A stretch of DNA of 64,000 nucleotides from a virus. The notes beneath the pieces were generated by a model, which made no database searches, was not told the origin of the DNA, and saw only the letters and a list, made by a program, of their open reading frames with translations. Of this stretch, positions 8,964 through 18,261 are shown piece after piece (the stretch's first letter is position 1; every line of letters begins with the position of its first letter). The DNA lies in IMG/VR virus record IMGVR_UViG_3300021962_000035, positions 32,001 to 96,000 of that record. One strand, written 5' to 3'. Position numbers and translations under genes: made by a program.

Positions 8964-9671
8964 ATGTTCACTAAGGAATCTATTTATAAGTACCTGTATT
9001 TTGACGTTGAAACTGCAGGACTTTACCCCTCGTTAGAGGTAATGCACGATGAAAATCATAGATTATGGGAGCTCTGGAAAAAGAGAGAAGATTATTATAA
9101 GGGAGCTTATCCCACTTTGGCTTCTGCTTCTTCCGAGGAAATCTATAAACAAAAAGGAGGTCTGGAACCAGAATTTTCTAGAGTTGTTTGTGTTTCCTTC
9201 GGATCCTTTACTGACGATGGACAAGAAAGATTTGCATCGTTTTACGGCGAGGATGAGCATGATATTCTGACCAAGTCAGCTAAGGTACTAAATAATGCTG
9301 CTGCCAAGAATTGGAAATTGTGTGGACACAACATTAAAGGATTTGACGTTCCGTGTTTAGGCAAAAGAATGATCTATAATGGAATAAACCCTCCGACTAA
9401 TATAAGAATATGGGACAAGAAGCCATGGGAAATACCGTACGTGGATACTTCTGATATTTTTGCTTTCGGAAGCTGGACGCATCAAAAATATCTAAGTTTG
9501 GATCTTCTTTCATGTTCTCTTGGGGTAGAATCCCCTAAGCAGTTAATGGACGGATCCAAGGTAAATGATTCCTTTTGGACTGATAAAGACTATGAAGGCA
9601 TTAAGAAGTACTGCGAACTGGACGTAAGCACAGTTATGGAGGTTATGCTTAAAATATGCTTTGAAAGCTAA
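8964..9671 (+). CDS. Stand-alone DEDDy 3'-5' exonuclease (PolB-related, DNA_pol_B_exo2-like)
   Basis: ExoI FDVET, ExoII GHNIKGFDVP, ExoIII YCELDV; also LEPEFSRVVCVSFG, KPWE, LGVESPK..MDGSKV. Confidence 0.88.
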   Translation: MFTKESIYKYLYFDVETAGLYPSLEVMHDENHRLWELWKKREDYYKGAYPTLASASSEEIYKQKGGLEPEFSRVVCVSFGSFTDDGQERFASFYGEDEHDILTKSAKVLNNAAAKNWKLCGHNIKGFDVPCLGKRMIYNGINPPTNIRIWDKKPWEIPYVDTSDIFAFGSWTHQKYLSLDLLSCSLGVESPKQLMDGSKVNDSFWTDKDYEGIKKYCELDVSTVMEVMLKICFES

Positions 9672-9708
9672 ATAAGCCATTTACGAATAACATCTAAAGC
9701 TTTTCTTT

Positions 9709-9716
9709 GATATATA
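9709..9716 (+). promoter_or_regulatory. Late-promoter-like motif GATATATA
   Basis: 17 nt before GTG9734. Confidence 0.6.
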
Positions 9717-9733
9717 CAAGAAAAGCTTTTTTT

Positions 9734-10540
9734 GTGGGTTCAGTTTTATCTTATAAAAAATTTATTAATGCTTCACCTATCCTGGAGAGACAAGTAAACC
9801 CGTTCTATCACGACGAACTAAATCCTGTTTTCTGGACGAAGAAAATGAAGGGTGATGATGTTGAATGGTTATTTGATCAGAGGGTAAGAAAAAAGCTCCT
9901 TAGAATAGCGGACGAATTCTTTGAAAAGTTTGAGGAGATTCTTAAACAAAAGGACATAGTAGATATCCAATTAACTGGATCTCTAGCAAACTTCAACTAC
10001 ACTAATCTATCTGACCTTGATGTCCATGTTATCGTCAACCTCGAAGGTATAGATGACGAAAATCCCAAGATACTTAAGACCGCACTAGACGGTATAAGAT
10101 TTATATGGAATCTAAGACACAACATATCAATCAGGGGATATGACGTGGAGCTATATGTGCAGGACGCAAAAGAGCCTCACGTAGCTTCTGGCCTGTTCTC
10201 CCTAATGAATAACGAATGGATAAAGAATCCTGTATTCGATCCGCCAGAGATAGATGAGATGGACGTGAACAAGAAGACAGATGCTATGGCATATGAAATA
10301 GAACAGCTCCACACGAGATTGATTGCTTCTACCGCACTTCCTCATAATGCCAAAGAGCTATATAATAGAGGTATGAAGTTAAAGGAGAAAATCATGAAGA
10401 TGAGGAAAGAGGGACTTGCAAAGGAGGGTGAATTCTCAATCGGTAATTTGGCATTTAAAAAGCTCAGAAATGAAGGATATATAGAGAAATTGATAGACCT
10501 GACTTCAGAGGCTTACGATAAAATCTACAACGAAAAATAG
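9734..10540 (+). CDS. Pol-beta superfamily nucleotidyltransferase
   Basis: LTGSLANFNYTNLSDLDVHV (GS...DxD), GYDVELYVQD, C-terminal helical GEFSIGNLAFKKLR. Start moved to GTG9734, downstream of the promoter motif. Confidence 0.85.
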   Translation: MGSVLSYKKFINASPILERQVNPFYHDELNPVFWTKKMKGDDVEWLFDQRVRKKLLRIADEFFEKFEEILKQKDIVDIQLTGSLANFNYTNLSDLDVHVIVNLEGIDDENPKILKTALDGIRFIWNLRHNISIRGYDVELYVQDAKEPHVASGLFSLMNNEWIKNPVFDPPEIDEMDVNKKTDAMAYEIEQLHTRLIASTALPHNAKELYNRGMKLKEKIMKMRKEGLAKEGEFSIGNLAFKKLRNEGYIEKLIDLTSEAYDKIYNEK

Positions 10541-10547
10541 GACAAAA

Positions 10548-13229
10548 ATGATAATACTTTTAGCAAAGGACGGTAAATATTCTATGGGAAATGACTTCCC
10601 GATATTTACTATTCCATTAGAAATGAAAGGTGCAACCAGTCAATCTTTAGAAGATTTTCAGTGGTGGGCTTACTCAAAAGACTTTAGAGAATGGCTTAAG
10701 AAAAATCCGAGAGAGTGGGTCGCAGATTCTGAGGATATGACCAAGTATGAAGATATTTCACAGATCATCAGAGAATCTAAAGGCGGGAGTGGTTATTCAT
10801 TAAACAAGGCAATCAGAGAGATAAACGAGTATATTGACCACGAAGAAAATAGAGTTTCTAATTTTTCAGACTTTTACTCTTCTGCAGTTTTTGAAGACGA
10901 TACAAAACAAAGTAATGCTAAAGAGGGAGAGGAAAAAGCGGTAAAACTGGCGTTCTCATATAATAAACTTCTATCTGACGGTAAGTTGGATAAGGAATAT
11001 TCCGTTATAGATCAAAAACCTGGTCAGGATAAAGCAGTATTTCTTTGTTTAGAGGATGCTGAATCAGGAGAAAATCTATTACAAACGATGGATGCCTACA
11101 AGATGGCTCCTATGGAGATTGAAAACCCTGATGCTAAATTTAGACTTTTTGAGATTAAGGATAGAATGATATCTGGACCTATACCAGACGATGCTACAGG
11201 TCCTAGTATAGCTCAAGAGGCTTTGAATAAAGGTCTTCAGTATGGAGTTTATGCAGTTGCTGCAGGAGGTATATTTGCTGGTATCAAATGGTTAGGTAGA
11301 GGCGTAGCTTTAAGACAGGCATATAAGGGACTCAAATTTTTAAGAACAGGTAAAGATGCAGCAGCAGCTGCTAGAGCGGCTAAAATCGCTAGAGACGGTA
11401 CTAGACTAGCAAGAGCTGGAAAGGGAATAAAAAGTCTTTGGGGATATGCTAGCCCGATGAAAGCTATTGCTTTCTGGGGAAGAATTGGTAAAGCTGGTAT
11501 AGAAGGAGCTAAACTTCAGAAAGCTCTTGGATCAATGGAGGGAGCAGGATTAGTTGCTAAGTCCGTTGGTATGGTTAAGGGATTCGTTACTGGTGCTAAA
11601 GCAGCAGCAGGAGCAACCAAAGCAGCAGAATGGACAAATCCTGTAGGTTGGGCACTTTTAGCTATAAATGCGATAGGTTCTACATGGAATTGGTATAGCG
11701 GTAATCAAGCACCTAGACTTGGTCAGGTGGAGGATTTTGCTAAAGATAGATTCGATCCTAAGGCTATAGATATAGGAGTTCCTATTACCATATGTTGGTC
11801 TCAGCCTGCTGGTGGATGGGGGATAGCAGTTTCTTTTCTCTGGAAAAATGAAACCAGAACCACTATGGAACTTATTAAGGTTGCTGAAAGAGGTGGTAAA
11901 TCAATATTCATATTGACCCAAATAAACGCTAAAGAAATTCAGAAACAAATAGCTGAATATGATATTACCCTTATAGCTTTTGATAATAGCGACGTGGTTG
12001 AGACCGGATTGATTGATAATGACGATCTTGATTTCGACATGTTTTGTAGTAAGCAAGATCTCAATTCTCTTTTCAACTATCAAGGATCTTGCGATTGGAG
12101 TTTGTTTGAGGATGAGTTCAATAATGCAAGCAGTAGTTTATTAATAAGCGATCCGAATGCACCAGATGAATACGAATTCCATTTTAGTGATTCTGAGGAC
12201 AACATAATAAATGTAGTGGGTAAAAAAGTTTCTACTGAAGATTTATCCAAATATTCTGAGGATGACTTAAATAGAATATTCGGTGTTACAATTTCAAAAG
12301 AGACCGAATCTAAAATAAAAGCTGGAGCTGAAAAAGCACCAGAGGAAACTGAGGAGCCTGAAGCAGAAACAGCTGAGGTTAGCGATAGCTTAAATCATGG
12401 ATGGGCTTCTGCTCTAAATGAATCTCAAGTTATAACAAGATTCTCTGATTTCAAAAAAGTAGCATATCAATTACACGAAGAAGAAGGAAACACTACAGCT
12501 AAGGGTAATCCAGAAGAGGGATCGGATGATGAGGATTCAAAATCTAGCAATATGCCAGCTTTAACCCCTGATCAGATGAGTGGACCTGCGGAGATTGCAA
12601 TATACCTTGTTACGGAGAGAGATTACGCAGATCCTAAATTAAGAGGAAAATATGAGACTGGAGAATTCACTAACTTTTTATTAGATCCTAAAGACTGGGA
12701 AGCTAGAAACGGGTCACCGGTAGACATTGATCCTAATACCGATGAAATCCTGGAGGATACCGTAAGAGGTCTTTACACTTATGTCGAGAAGAAGGAAGAG
12801 GACAAACCTATCGTAAAAGACGAAGTTCAGGACGCTGACGATTCGGATAAGGATGATAAAGAAGAAAAAGATAAGATAGAAGCTAAAAAGGATGACTATT
12901 ACATAACAGTTAGTCCTGAGGATGTTGAAATCAAGGACAGAAAAAGCTCAACAGTAATCAGAGATATGTCAATGGGGGGTGGAGTTAATTTATACGATAC
13001 CCTATTAACCTCGCAGGAAAAAGAAGCTTTAAAGATAGAAAACTGGAAGACTGTTACCTTCGCAAAAGAACTCCGTGACAACAAAGGGGATATCATAGAA
13101 GTTAAGTTTAAGAATAAATATGCTCCTTTTGGAGACAAGTCTAGAAAATATAGAGCAACAGATGGTGAAGCCTTTGAGATTGCTAAAAGATTCGTAGAAC
13201 AGACTAAGGACAGGATAAAGTACGAATAA
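10548..13229 (+). CDS. Large acidic hypothetical protein with central hydrophobic/amphipathic helices; candidate internal or ejection protein
   Basis: GVYAVAAGGIFAGIKWLG and NPVGWALLAINAIGSTW flank a long Ala/Gly/Lys-rich stretch; internal INE/LNE sites. Confidence 0.55.
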   Translation: MIILLAKDGKYSMGNDFPIFTIPLEMKGATSQSLEDFQWWAYSKDFREWLKKNPREWVADSEDMTKYEDISQIIRESKGGSGYSLNKAIREINEYIDHEENRVSNFSDFYSSAVFEDDTKQSNAKEGEEKAVKLAFSYNKLLSDGKLDKEYSVIDQKPGQDKAVFLCLEDAESGENLLQTMDAYKMAPMEIENPDAKFRLFEIKDRMISGPIPDDATGPSIAQEALNKGLQYGVYAVAAGGIFAGIKWLGRGVALRQAYKGLKFLRTGKDAAAAARAAKIARDGTRLARAGKGIKSLWGYASPMKAIAFWGRIGKAGIEGAKLQKALGSMEGAGLVAKSVGMVKGFVTGAKAAAGATKAAEWTNPVGWALLAINAIGSTWNWYSGNQAPRLGQVEDFAKDRFDPKAIDIGVPITICWSQPAGGWGIAVSFLWKNETRTTMELIKVAERGGKSIFILTQINAKEIQKQIAEYDITLIAFDNSDVVETGLIDNDDLDFDMFCSKQDLNSLFNYQGSCDWSLFEDEFNNASSSLLISDPNAPDEYEFHFSDSEDNIINVVGKKVSTEDLSKYSEDDLNRIFGVTISKETESKIKAGAEKAPEETEEPEAETAEVSDSLNHGWASALNESQVITRFSDFKKVAYQLHEEEGNTTAKGNPEEGSDDEDSKSSNMPALTPDQMSGPAEIAIYLVTERDYADPKLRGKYETGEFTNFLLDPKDWEARNGSPVDIDPNTDEILEDTVRGLYTYVEKKEEDKPIVKDEVQDADDSDKDDKEEKDKIEAKKDDYYITVSPEDVEIKDRKSSTVIRDMSMGGGVNLYDTLLTSQEKEALKIENWKTVTFAKELRDNKGDIIEVKFKNKYAPFGDKSRKYRATDGEAFEIAKRFVEQTKDRIKYE

Positions 13230-13253
13230 GCAGAAAAAAATAAAATTTCTGTT

Positions 13254-13261
13254 GATATATA
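13254..13261 (+). promoter_or_regulatory. Late-promoter-like motif GATATATA
   Basis: 28 nt before the prohead protease ATG13290. Confidence 0.65.
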
Positions 13262-13289
13262 AGTAACATAAAAAGTAGTAAAAAAGAGC

Positions 13290-15251
13290 ATGCCACAACT
13301 ACAATCATTAAACGAAAATATGGTATTCATCCTTGAGAGACAGAATTCCATACTAGAAGCGAAAAAGTCAGAATCTGACGATTACGTTCTAGAAGGTATT
13401 GCTGCTGTTTTCGGACAAGAGAACAACAACAATAGAATATACGAGGAGAAGGAATATTTACCGCACCTTGAATATTTGAAGGATAAGATCTCACAGAATA
13501 GACTGGTTGGTGAATTAGATCACCCAGAGAAATTCGATGTGTCTCTTAAGAACATCTCTCACATCATAACAGATCTTAACTACGATAAAGGTAACAGAGA
13601 GCTTAAGATTAAGGTTAAACTTTTAGATACCCCAGCGGGTAGAATAGCTAAGAACTTAGTTGATGCTGGAGTTCCTCTTTCTATTTCTTCAAGAGCAGCT
13701 GGTTCAGTAGGTAATGATAAAAAGGTGGCAATTAAGAAAATTTTTACTTACGATCTAGTAGCTGATCCTGGATTTAAGGACGCACAACTTGAAAGAGTGT
13801 ATGAAAGCCAAGGGTTTACATCTCAAGAATTCGAAGCAATGAAAAATAATAGCATATTAAATAGCTTAGAATGCTTAAATGAATCTTTAGGTATCGAAAA
13901 AGAATCTTCACTTAAGATATATAAAGTTGAAAATAACGAAGAATTCAACAAAATCGTGAATAAATCAGATAATAAAAATAAATCAGTCCTTATGGAGAAC
14001 AATGAATTTGTTACTGCGGAGGAGCTTAATCAGTATTCAGTCTTCTTGAAAAAAGAGATGGATTCGATGAAAGCCGCTATCGCAGAGGCTAAAAATCAAA
14101 AAGCATCGCTAACTGAATCTGAAGATTTAAGTAAAGCTAATGAAGCTCTTGAAGAAAGAGTTGCTAAGCTTGAAAAATATTCAGAGTATTTAGCTGAGAA
14201 TCTAGAAAATTCTATTAAATACGGTGAGTATTTAGCAGAAAACTTGGACAGCACTATCAACTACAGTAAATATTTAGCAGAAAACTTAGACAAGAATATT
14301 TCTTATTCTAAGTACTTAGCTGAAAACGTAGATAAGTCTATCTCTTATTCCGAGTATGTTGCTGAAAGCGTTGACAAGAACATCGAGTACTCTAAATACT
14401 TAGCAGAAAAATTGGATCAAAATATTCAATACTCAGAGTACTTAGCAGAAAACGTAGATAAAGGAATCGCTTATTCTGAATATCTTGGAGAAAACTTAGA
14501 TAAAGGAATCGCTTATACTGAATACGTTGCTGAAAAACTAAACAACGGAATCGAATACACTGAATACGTTGCTGAGAATTTAAACAAGGGCATCGAGTAC
14601 TCTGACTATCTTGCAGAGAACTTAAATAAAGGATTAGACTATTCTGAGTATCTTGCAGAGAAATTAAACAGAGGAATTGCTTATAGCGAATACATCGCTG
14701 AGTCAGTTTCTACTAAAATTCCATCTAATGGTACTGGAGTATTAAAAGAGAGTGTAAATCTATCTGCAGAAGCAGGTCTTAATGAATCTGGCTTTGCTGG
14801 AAACTATGATAACCTAACTTCACAGATTGATTCATTAATAGAATCGGTTAAGACACAAAAAACCGCTTCAAACATCAACGAAGCTGCTAAAGCAGTAAAC
14901 CCAGCCGAAACACAGAAGGCTAACGAAACAGCTCTTAACGAGTCAGAGAACACAACTAAAACAGGTCTTAAGTTTATTGACGAAATGCCAGCAGAATATG
15001 CTCCGGTATGGGAATCTTTATCAGAAGGACACCAAGCATCTATTGTTGCTCAGTCACACTTCTATAATTTAGATACCCCTTATCAGATCAAAAATTTCTG
15101 GTCAACTCGTCAGCTTGGAGCTAAACCAGTTGGAGTACAAAAACTTGACGAGAGTGAAAATGTAGCCGAGACTGCAAAAACACAAGCATATTCTTCAGAT
15201 TACATGAATTATATCGCTTCTGCACTTGAGCAAAAATTTCAAAAAAGATAA
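13290..15251 (+). CDS. Prohead protease (gp21-like) fused to scaffold/core (gp22-like)
   Basis: LEGIAAVFGQENNNNRIY, GELDHP, SISSRAAGS, YDLVADPG protease motifs. C-terminal coiled-coil with YLAEN repeats; immediately upstream of the MCP. Confidence 0.9.
   Translation: MPQLQSLNENMVFILERQNSILEAKKSESDDYVLEGIAAVFGQENNNNRIYEEKEYLPHLEYLKDKISQNRLVGELDHPEKFDVSLKNISHIITDLNYDKGNRELKIKVKLLDTPAGRIAKNLVDAGVPLSISSRAAGSVGNDKKVAIKKIFTYDLVADPGFKDAQLERVYESQGFTSQEFEAMKNNSILNSLECLNESLGIEKESSLKIYKVENNEEFNKIVNKSDNKNKSVLMENNEFVTAEELNQYSVFLKKEMDSMKAAIAEAKNQKASLTESEDLSKANEALEERVAKLEKYSEYLAENLENSIKYGEYLAENLDSTINYSKYLAENLDKNISYSKYLAENVDKSISYSEYVAESVDKNIEYSKYLAEKLDQNIQYSEYLAENVDKGIAYSEYLGENLDKGIAYTEYVAEKLNNGIEYTEYVAENLNKGIEYSDYLAENLNKGLDYSEYLAEKLNRGIAYSEYIAESVSTKIPSNGTGVLKESVNLSAEAGLNESGFAGNYDNLTSQIDSLIESVKTQKTASNINEAAKAVNPAETQKANETALNESENTTKTGLKFIDEMPAEYAPVWESLSEGHQASIVAQSHFYNLDTPYQIKNFWSTRQLGAKPVGVQKLDESENVAETAKTQAYSSDYMNYIASALEQKFQKR
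14178..14705 (+). repeat. In-frame 42-bp (14-aa) tandem repeat, 12 full units plus 1 partial
   Basis: Consensus Y[ST]EY[LV]AENL[DN]KGI[AE], read directly from the translation. Confidence 0.95.
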
Positions 15252-15254
15252 ATA
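15247..15254 (+). promoter_or_regulatory. Late-promoter-like motif GATAAATA
   Basis: Overlaps the stop of the protease gene, 22 nt before the MCP ATG. Confidence 0.5.
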
Positions 15255-15276
15255 AATAAAAAAAACAACTAAAATC

Positions 15277-17001
15277 ATGAAATTGATTAACGAACAAGAA
15301 ATCTATGAAACTTGGTCACCTCTTATCGAGAGCAAGGCTGGTATCACAGATGAAAGCAAAAAAGGTTGGTTGACTAAATATTGTCATTACCATTCATTAA
15401 ACGAGTCTGCTGGTGCATACAACTCATTAGGCGTTGTAAACGGTATGGGTACTGTAGCTCCTCCAGCATTCCCAGGCGCATCATTCGGTGGTGGCGCTGC
15501 TCTATCAACTGGCGCTAACGCTGGTTTCTACAACAACAGCTGGCAAGGTTCAGGAGATAAATTCCCTTCATTACTTCCATTAGCTATTCAGGTAGCTGCG
15601 AAGACTGTAGGTTTTGATATCGTTCCTGTTATCCCTATGTCAGGTCCAACTGGTATCTTATCTTACTTAGATTACGTATACGCAGGTGGTAAAGTTGCTG
15701 CTGCTGCTGCTTCTTCAGCTGCTGATCAGTTAGCTACTGCTCCTTCATTAATTAAATTCCCAGTTTACCAATCAGCAACTGGAACAGGTGTTACTGGTGC
15801 TACTGCTGGTACATTCACTGTAGGTGCTACTGCTTCTGTTGGTACTACTTTACTTTTAACTTTCGTAGGTCTATCAAGAATTGATGGTTACCCTATCTTC
15901 CAAGTTACTGGTTTAGCTTCAGGTTCTAACGTTGCTTCTTACATCAACGGTACTCCTGCACAAGTAGTTACTTCAGCAGGTGGTTCTGGTTTCTACACTG
16001 GAGCATCTTCAGTTAACTACGCTGCACAGCTAGTTAAAGCTTTAGAAGATCACATCCAAGGTTTCTCTGGTGCTGGTTTCAACAACGACCAAGCTTGGCA
16101 AGGTCCTTACGTTGATGGTACTAAAACTTACAACCCAATGTTAAGAGGTGTTGCTGAGTCTACTTACTACAACTCAATGGGTCTTTCAACTTTCACTAAA
16201 TTCGTAGAAGCTGAAACTTTCCAAGTTGCTGCATCAGTTACAACTGAGCAAATCCAAGACCTTAACAAACAATTCGGTATCGACGTTATTTCAATGATCG
16301 AGAACGCATTGGTTAACGAGGTTTCTCAAGCAATCAACAAGCACATCCTTTCAAGAACATTTGCTTTAGGTTGGTCTAACCACACTCAGTTCCTTAACAC
16401 TGAAAACCAAAACCTTAACTTGAACTTGATCATCGGTGGTGGTGCTGGTACTACAGCCGCTTACGTTAAGAAAGACGACACTACTCAAGCTATGACAATC
16501 CCTGCAGGTCCTGCATCAGGAGGTTATGAGAACTTATCAACTTTACAAAGAAGATTATTCTCAAGAATCCTTGCAGCTGCTAACGTGGTAGCTAACAGAG
16601 GTAGAAGAGGTCCTGCTAACTTCATCGTTACAAACGCTGCAGTTGCAAGTGCACTTCAAGATATCTCTCAGTTCACTTTCGCACCGTTCTCTAACACTTT
16701 AACTCAAAACAACGGTACTTTATACCCTGTAGGTTCGCTTGCTGGTATGACTGTATATGTTGATCAAAACATGAGCTACAATGATACAAGAGTTTGTATC
16801 GGTAGAAAAGGTGGAGACGACGAACCAGGTATCAAATTTATGCCTTACATGATGGCTGAATCTATTCAGACTATCTCTGAAGGTACAATGTCACCTAAAA
16901 TCGCAGTTAAATCAAGATACGCTCTAGTAGAAGCTGGTTTCTTACCAGAAACTATGTACTTGACATTCTATGTTAACGTACCTGCTGGTGGTTTAGCTTA
17001 A
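15277..17001 (+). CDS. Major capsid protein (T4 gp23-like)
   Basis: ETWSPLIE, IPMSGPTG, EAETFQV...TTEQIQDL, RRGPANFIVTN, GSLAGMTVYVD, KSRY. Followed by a strong terminator. Confidence 0.93.
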   Translation: MKLINEQEIYETWSPLIESKAGITDESKKGWLTKYCHYHSLNESAGAYNSLGVVNGMGTVAPPAFPGASFGGGAALSTGANAGFYNNSWQGSGDKFPSLLPLAIQVAAKTVGFDIVPVIPMSGPTGILSYLDYVYAGGKVAAAAASSAADQLATAPSLIKFPVYQSATGTGVTGATAGTFTVGATASVGTTLLLTFVGLSRIDGYPIFQVTGLASGSNVASYINGTPAQVVTSAGGSGFYTGASSVNYAAQLVKALEDHIQGFSGAGFNNDQAWQGPYVDGTKTYNPMLRGVAESTYYNSMGLSTFTKFVEAETFQVAASVTTEQIQDLNKQFGIDVISMIENALVNEVSQAINKHILSRTFALGWSNHTQFLNTENQNLNLNLIIGGGAGTTAAYVKKDDTTQAMTIPAGPASGGYENLSTLQRRLFSRILAAANVVANRGRRGPANFIVTNAAVASALQDISQFTFAPFSNTLTQNNGTLYPVGSLAGMTVYVDQNMSYNDTRVCIGRKGGDDEPGIKFMPYMMAESIQTISEGTMSPKIAVKSRYALVEAGFLPETMYLTFYVNVPAGGLA

Positions 17002-17021
17002 TCTTAACTAACCTAATAACT

Positions 17022-17051
17022 AAAACCCTAGGAGCAATCCTAGGGTTTTTT
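17022..17051 (+). terminator. Rho-independent terminator after the MCP gene
   Basis: AAAACCCTAGGA-GCAA-TCCTAGGGTTTT perfect stem, GNRA loop, T-tract. Confidence 0.92.
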
Positions 17052-17084
17052 GTGTAGTGTGGTTAAGGAATAAAAATGCTTAGG

Positions 17085-17092
17085 GATATATA
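17085..17092 (+). promoter_or_regulatory. Late-promoter-like motif GATATATA
   Basis: 26 nt before ATG17119, directly after the terminator. Confidence 0.65.
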
Positions 17093-17118
17093 CAGTATAA
17101 AAATATTATTGTTTAGTA

Positions 17119-18261
17119 ATGAAGAATCTACCATCATTTAATGATTTCAAAAAATACGAGTATCTGATCGAAACTGCAAGTTCTGATCTTAGAGAAGAGT
17201 TCAACTCTTTAGAAACAGCAGAACCTAATCACACAGTAAATGAGGGAATTTTTGGGGATTACATCAAAAATTCACTTTCTAAATTTTTCTTAGGATCATT
17301 ATCTAGCGTTGGCATGATAGACAAGGCTAGAAAGATCTTGGTTGAACTTGAAATAGACGGGATCGAAAAAAGAGCAGCCTTTGAGGAGTCTGTTGATAAA
17401 CTAGAATCCCAAATAGATGGTTTAAGCTCTATAAACGATAAGGAAAGAATAACTGCATTAGAAAGGGATAGAGATTCAAAGATTAAGGAGTTCGAATCTT
17501 TCCTTAAATCTAATTCACTTAAGATTAAAAAAGCAAAGGATTTCATAACAAAAGCCATAGACAACAATACAAGAAGAAGAGAGTATTATGAAGCGGGAAG
17601 AGCAGACGATGAAATCGCTTTAGCTGAGCTTGAATATCAAATGGCTAAAGATAAAGCTGATGCAGAGGAGATTAAGAAATTTGAGGAAAGAATAATGAAG
17701 AAAAAGAAAGAGGCGGAGGAAAAAGCTCAAGATCTTAAGGATAAAATGGAGGATGACGAGAAATCTAAGAATCCTGAAAATGTTGAAGATTTATCAGTGG
17801 ATCCGGAGGCTGAAAAGAAGAAAGTTTCTAGCAGAAAAGCTAAGGATATAATAGAGAGAAAGAAAGATCTTGAGAAAGAAATTGCTGATCTAAAAGCGGA
17901 TATGGAAAGAAAAATTAATGTTTTGGAAAAGAGACTTAAATCCAATCCAGACAAGGTTAGTAAATCATATATTGAAAAAAGCAGAATAGAGTTACTTGAA
18001 ATTAGCTCAGCTTTAGATGCTAAGAGAAACCTCCTTAGATTGTTCAGAAACTTGGGCAAAACCGAAGGGGATATAGAGAAAAAGCTAAGTAAAGAGCAAG
18101 AGTTTACCCAGCTAGCTAATTTAATAAATCAGGGAATAGTTGATGGCGAGGATGCTAATTCAGGAACTAAGAAAATAATTTCTGATATTTTTGTTACATC
18201 TACCGGTACTATCGATCTTGGTAAATTGAGATCAGCAAAGAATAAACTAAACGACGAATAA
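17119..18261 (+). CDS. Coiled-coil putative internal head protein, paralogue of 18261..19190
   Basis: N-terminus MKNLPSFNDFKKYEYLIE...VNE; highly charged helical body. Confidence 0.6.
   Translation: MKNLPSFNDFKKYEYLIETASSDLREEFNSLETAEPNHTVNEGIFGDYIKNSLSKFFLGSLSSVGMIDKARKILVELEIDGIEKRAAFEESVDKLESQIDGLSSINDKERITALERDRDSKIKEFESFLKSNSLKIKKAKDFITKAIDNNTRRREYYEAGRADDEIALAELEYQMAKDKADAEEIKKFEERIMKKKKEAEEKAQDLKDKMEDDEKSKNPENVEDLSVDPEAEKKKVSSRKAKDIIERKKDLEKEIADLKADMERKINVLEKRLKSNPDKVSKSYIEKSRIELLEISSALDAKRNLLRLFRNLGKTEGDIEKKLSKEQEFTQLANLINQGIVDGEDANSGTKKIISDIFVTSTGTIDLGKLRSAKNKLNDE

Noticed and set aside
14178-14705. 42-bp repeats as a possible CRISPR array
   Set aside because: Contiguous in-frame coding repeats with synonymous variation and no unique spacers.
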